A stretch of 64,000 nt of DNA, taken from assembly GCA_965226585.1 (NCBI GenBank), contig OZ245366.1:736001-800000 (forward strand), in the 5' to 3' direction. Below, piece after piece: positions 61,404 to 64,000 of this stretch (position 1 is the stretch's first letter; every line of letters begins with the position of its first letter). The notes beneath the pieces were generated by a model. The model was given only the letters and a program-made list of their open reading frames with translations. It was not told the DNA's origin and made no database searches. Made by a program: the position numbers and the translations under genes. This DNA is from Thermodesulfobacteriota bacterium (GTDB lineage: Bacteria > Desulfobacterota_D > UBA1144 > Nemesobacterales > Mycalebacteriaceae).

Positions 61404-61495
61404 TGGCGGAGAGGAAGGGATTCGAACCCTTGAAGGAGCGTAAACCCCTTACACGCTTTCCAGGCGTGCACCTTCGGCCGCTCGGTCACCTCTCC
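61404..61495 (-). tRNA. tRNA-Ser(GGA)
   Basis: GGAGAGG acceptor stem, anticodon arm CACGC-CTGGAAA-GCGTG, long variable arm, GGTTCGAATCC, encoded CCA. Confidence 0.97.
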
Positions 61496-61516
61496 GTATC
61501 TTCCGGCTCCCCCGCG

Positions 61517-61915
61517 CTAACTTGCGGGCTTGCATTTGCATATCTTTTTTCTCAAATACTCAATAACATTCCACGCGCCTTCATCTCCAAGCACCCCTCC
61601 CCATGCGGGCATGATATTCGACTTGCCCACCGCCGCTCCGCCTTGCGTGATGACCTTTAACAGGTACTCATCCGTCAGGGTCGAGAGATAAGCCGCATTG
61701 CTCAAGTCTCTCGGCTTGGGATTGAGCGCCGCCGCCGCAATCCCGTCTCCCTTGCCCGCCGCGCCATGACAAGACGCGCAAAGCGTGGCAAAAGATGCCG
61801 CCCCCTTCTTGCTGTTGCCGCGCCCCGCGTATGAGTCGGGCGCACCCGCAAACACCGCCAGAGGAAGGGCGAAAAACACCGCAATCAGAAACGCGCTAAT
61901 AGGTGTCAGTTTCAT
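61517..61915 (-). CDS. c-type cytochrome (monoheme)
   Basis: Signal peptide; CASCHG, G.GDG, P.PRDL and MPAW. Confidence 0.9.
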   Translation of the reverse strand: MKLTPISAFLIAVFFALPLAVFAGAPDSYAGRGNSKKGAASFATLCASCHGAAGKGDGIAAAALNPKPRDLSNAAYLSTLTDEYLLKVITQGGAAVGKSNIMPAWGGVLGDEGAWNVIEYLRKKICKCKPAS

Positions 61916-61976
61916 TGATAAATTTTCCGCCAACAGGATAATTAACACCGCCGGTTTTTCCAATCGGCTTTCACGC

Positions 61977-62062
61977 GGGCGGGTGGCGAAATGGCAGACG
62001 CGACGGATTCAAAATCCGTTGGGCTAACACCCGTGAGGGTTCGAGTCCCTCCCCGCCCACCA
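61977..62062 (+). tRNA. tRNA-Leu(CAA)
   Basis: GGGCGGG / CCCGCCC acceptor stem, ACGGA-TTCAAAA-TCCGT anticodon arm, variable arm, GGTTCGAGTCC, CCA. Confidence 0.97.
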
Positions 62063-62066
62063 TTTT

Positions 62067-63218
62067 CTAGTAACGGGGAATTGAAGGGTCGAACTTCTCC
62101 GCCCACTCATCTATTCCGCCCTTGAGGCTTTTTACCTTTGAAAAACCCTTGTCAAGCAGATACTCGGTCGCTTTCAGGCTCCGCCCGCCGTGATGGCAGT
62201 GAACCACTATCTCGTCTTTTGAGTCCAGTTCACCGAACCTGTCCTCTATCTCCGAAAGCGGAATCAGAACCGCGCCTTCTATCCGGCATATCTCGTATTC
62301 GTGCTGTTCCCTCACGTCCACAAGTTTGGGCTTTCCCTCGCCGTTCCACGCTTTCCTGAAGTCCTCAACGCTTATCTCGTTCTCGCCCACAACATTTTGT
62401 TCCGCGCTTTCGCTTCCAACCGGAATGCCGCAAAACTGCTCGTAGTCAATCAGTTCGGTTATCTCAGGCGAATCGCCGCATATCGGGCACGACTTGTCTT
62501 TGCGGAGTTTCAGTTCTCTCGGCTTCATCTCAAGAACATCTATGAACATAAGCCGTCCTATCAGCGGGTCTCCCGCGCCGATTATCAGTTTCACCGTCTC
62601 CGCCGCCTGCATGGTTCCGACAATTCCGGGCAAAATTCCCAGAACACCGCCTTCGGCGCAACTCGGCACAAGACCGGGCGGCGGCGGCTCTGGGTAGAGG
62701 CACCGGTAGCAGGGACCGTGCCCGGAGTCAAAAACGCTCACCTGCCCTTCAAAACGGAATATACTGCCGTAAACATTGGGCTTCCCGAGCAAAACGCACG
62801 TGTCATTCACAAGGTAGCGAGTCGGGAAATTGTCCGTTCCGTCTACCACCACGTCGTAGTCCTTGATAATCTCCATCGCGTTTTCAGACGAAAGTCTTTC
62901 GTTGTGGATTGTGACATTCACGTCCGAGTTCAGGTCGTTAATTCTTTTTTTCGCGCTCTCCGCCTTCAACTCACCGAGAGTGCTTTCCCCGTGAATTATC
63001 TGTCTTTGCAGGTTGCTGAAATCAACCACATCAAAGTCAACAATGCCTATGTTTCCAACCCCGGCGGCGGCAAGATAGAGCGCGAGCGGAGAGCCCAGCC
63101 CCCCGGCTCCAATGCACAGCACACGGCTCCGCAACAGTTTTTTCTGCCCCTCAACACCAACTTCCGGAAGTATGAGATGCCTGCTGTATCTGCTTGCCTG
63201 TTCTTTTGTAAGTTCCAT
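62067..63218 (-). CDS. moeB: MoeB/MoeZ adenylyltransferase with rhodanese domain
   Basis: RYSRH..LPE, GAGGLG, SNLQRQ, PCYRC, SCAEGG and rhodanese CHHGGRS. Confidence 0.93.
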   Translation of the reverse strand: MELTKEQASRYSRHLILPEVGVEGQKKLLRSRVLCIGAGGLGSPLALYLAAAGVGNIGIVDFDVVDFSNLQRQIIHGESTLGELKAESAKKRINDLNSDVNVTIHNERLSSENAMEIIKDYDVVVDGTDNFPTRYLVNDTCVLLGKPNVYGSIFRFEGQVSVFDSGHGPCYRCLYPEPPPPGLVPSCAEGGVLGILPGIVGTMQAAETVKLIIGAGDPLIGRLMFIDVLEMKPRELKLRKDKSCPICGDSPEITELIDYEQFCGIPVGSESAEQNVVGENEISVEDFRKAWNGEGKPKLVDVREQHEYEICRIEGAVLIPLSEIEDRFGELDSKDEIVVHCHHGGRSLKATEYLLDKGFSKVKSLKGGIDEWAEKFDPSIPRY

Positions 63219-63343
63219 TCCCAAGCTCTCTAAATCCCGTTCAATATCTCACGGCGTGCGCCTTTTGTCAATGAAAACGGGGCTCCCATCCGTGTTGCAA
63301 GCGGGCGCGATAACGGGAACTATAAACCCGTCCGGGTTCACAA

Positions 63344-64000
63344 ATGCCTTTTTCTCTCTACATAGTCGCCACTCCGGTTGGAAACCTTGAAGACATAACC
63401 TTCAGGGCGGTGCGCGTTCTCAAAGAGGCGAAAGCGGTGGCGTGCGAAGACACAAGGGTAACGGCAAAACTGTTTGCCCGTTACCGGATAGGCAGCCGTC
63501 TTATATCGTGCCGTGAACACAACGAGGCTAAGCAGGCGGAAAACATAATCCGCATTCTGAAAGAGGAGGGCGATGTTGCCCTTGTTACAGACGCCGGAAC
63601 GCCAATGCTTTCAGACCCCGGAATGAGAGTTGTCCGTCGGGCGGCGGAGGAGGGTTTTGCCGTTGTTCCCGTTCCGGGGGCTTCCGCTCTGCTTTGCGCT
63701 TTGTGCGCGGGCGCGGTTCCGTTTGAGGATTTCACATTTCTGGGTTTTCTTCCCCGCCGGAAGGGAAAGGCGGAAAAAGTTCTGTCTGAGTTTGTCTCGT
63801 CTCCGCGCGCGGTTGTGATTTATGAATCGCCGAAAAGAACGGTTGCCACGCTCGCCCTGATTCTTGAAATCCTCGGAGACCGAGAGGCGGCGGTGTGCAG
63901 GGAGATGACAAAAATGCACGAGGAAACCCTGCGCGGCAAGGTTTCGTTTCTCTCGCAGAATTTCGCGGAAAGGGAAACCGTGAAGGGCGAGGTTGTGATA
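63344..64000 (+). CDS. rsmI: 16S rRNA C1402 2'-O-methyltransferase RsmI, 3' partial
   Basis: MPFSLYIVATPVGNLEDIT, ACEDTR, DAGTP.LSDPG and YESP; runs off the window end (absent from the ORF track). Confidence 0.93.
   Translation, partial: MPFSLYIVATPVGNLEDITFRAVRVLKEAKAVACEDTRVTAKLFARYRIGSRLISCREHNEAKQAENIIRILKEEGDVALVTDAGTPMLSDPGMRVVRRAAEEGFAVVPVPGASALLCALCAGAVPFEDFTFLGFLPRRKGKAEKVLSEFVSSPRAVVIYESPKRTVATLALILEILGDREAAVCREMTKMHEETLRGKVSFLSQNFAERETVKGEVVI

Noticed and set aside
61404..62062. tRNA-anchored genomic island or prophage
   Set aside because: No integrase and no duplicated tRNA 3' end seen; the flanks are housekeeping genes.
62067..63218. MoeB as the missing E1 for the CBASS E2
   Set aside because: It is a typical MoeB/MoeZ-rhodanese sulfur-transfer enzyme 58 kb away in a core context; nothing links it to CBASS.

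Overview
Bacterial chromosomal window, roughly 50% GC by eye, mixing housekeeping genes with several small accessory patches. Housekeeping content: dprA, rmuC, recQ, glnA, rnc, hom, clpB, cstA, recR-ybaB-dnaX, SRP RNA, tRNA-Ser(GGA), tRNA-Leu(CAA), moeB and partial rsmI. Main highlights: (1) an AT-rich CBASS anti-phage operon (2TM-beta Cap15-type effector, CD-NTase, single E2-like protein with a SEC-C zinc motif), preceded on the same strand by an AAA/STAND-like ATPase-wHTH and an uncalled 44-aa ORF; (2) a stand-alone 23S rRNA gene with its own promoter, boxB/boxA and a long processing stem, no adjacent 16S or 5S, and a membrane-anchored PD-(D/E)xK nuclease-like gene where 5S would normally lie; (3) an Stf3-like sulfotransferase next to a cytochrome P450 with a GPP34/GOLPH3-like N-terminal domain; (4) two tandem autotransporters bracketed by dRS3/NIME- or RPE-like palindromic repeats, with the same 80-bp element translated in frame inside both genes, a ~155-bp tandem array downstream and a poly-C tract in the putative promoter spacer; (5) a type II R-M pair, two TA pairs, a UDG-superfamily protein, an exported LigE-type DNA ligase and many outer-membrane beta-barrels. 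The abundance of surface and eukaryote-like domains suggests a host-associated (possibly sponge-symbiont, Dadabacteria-like) organism; this is inference only and should be tested by classifying the 23S. All family calls come from motif recognition by eye; no database searches were run.
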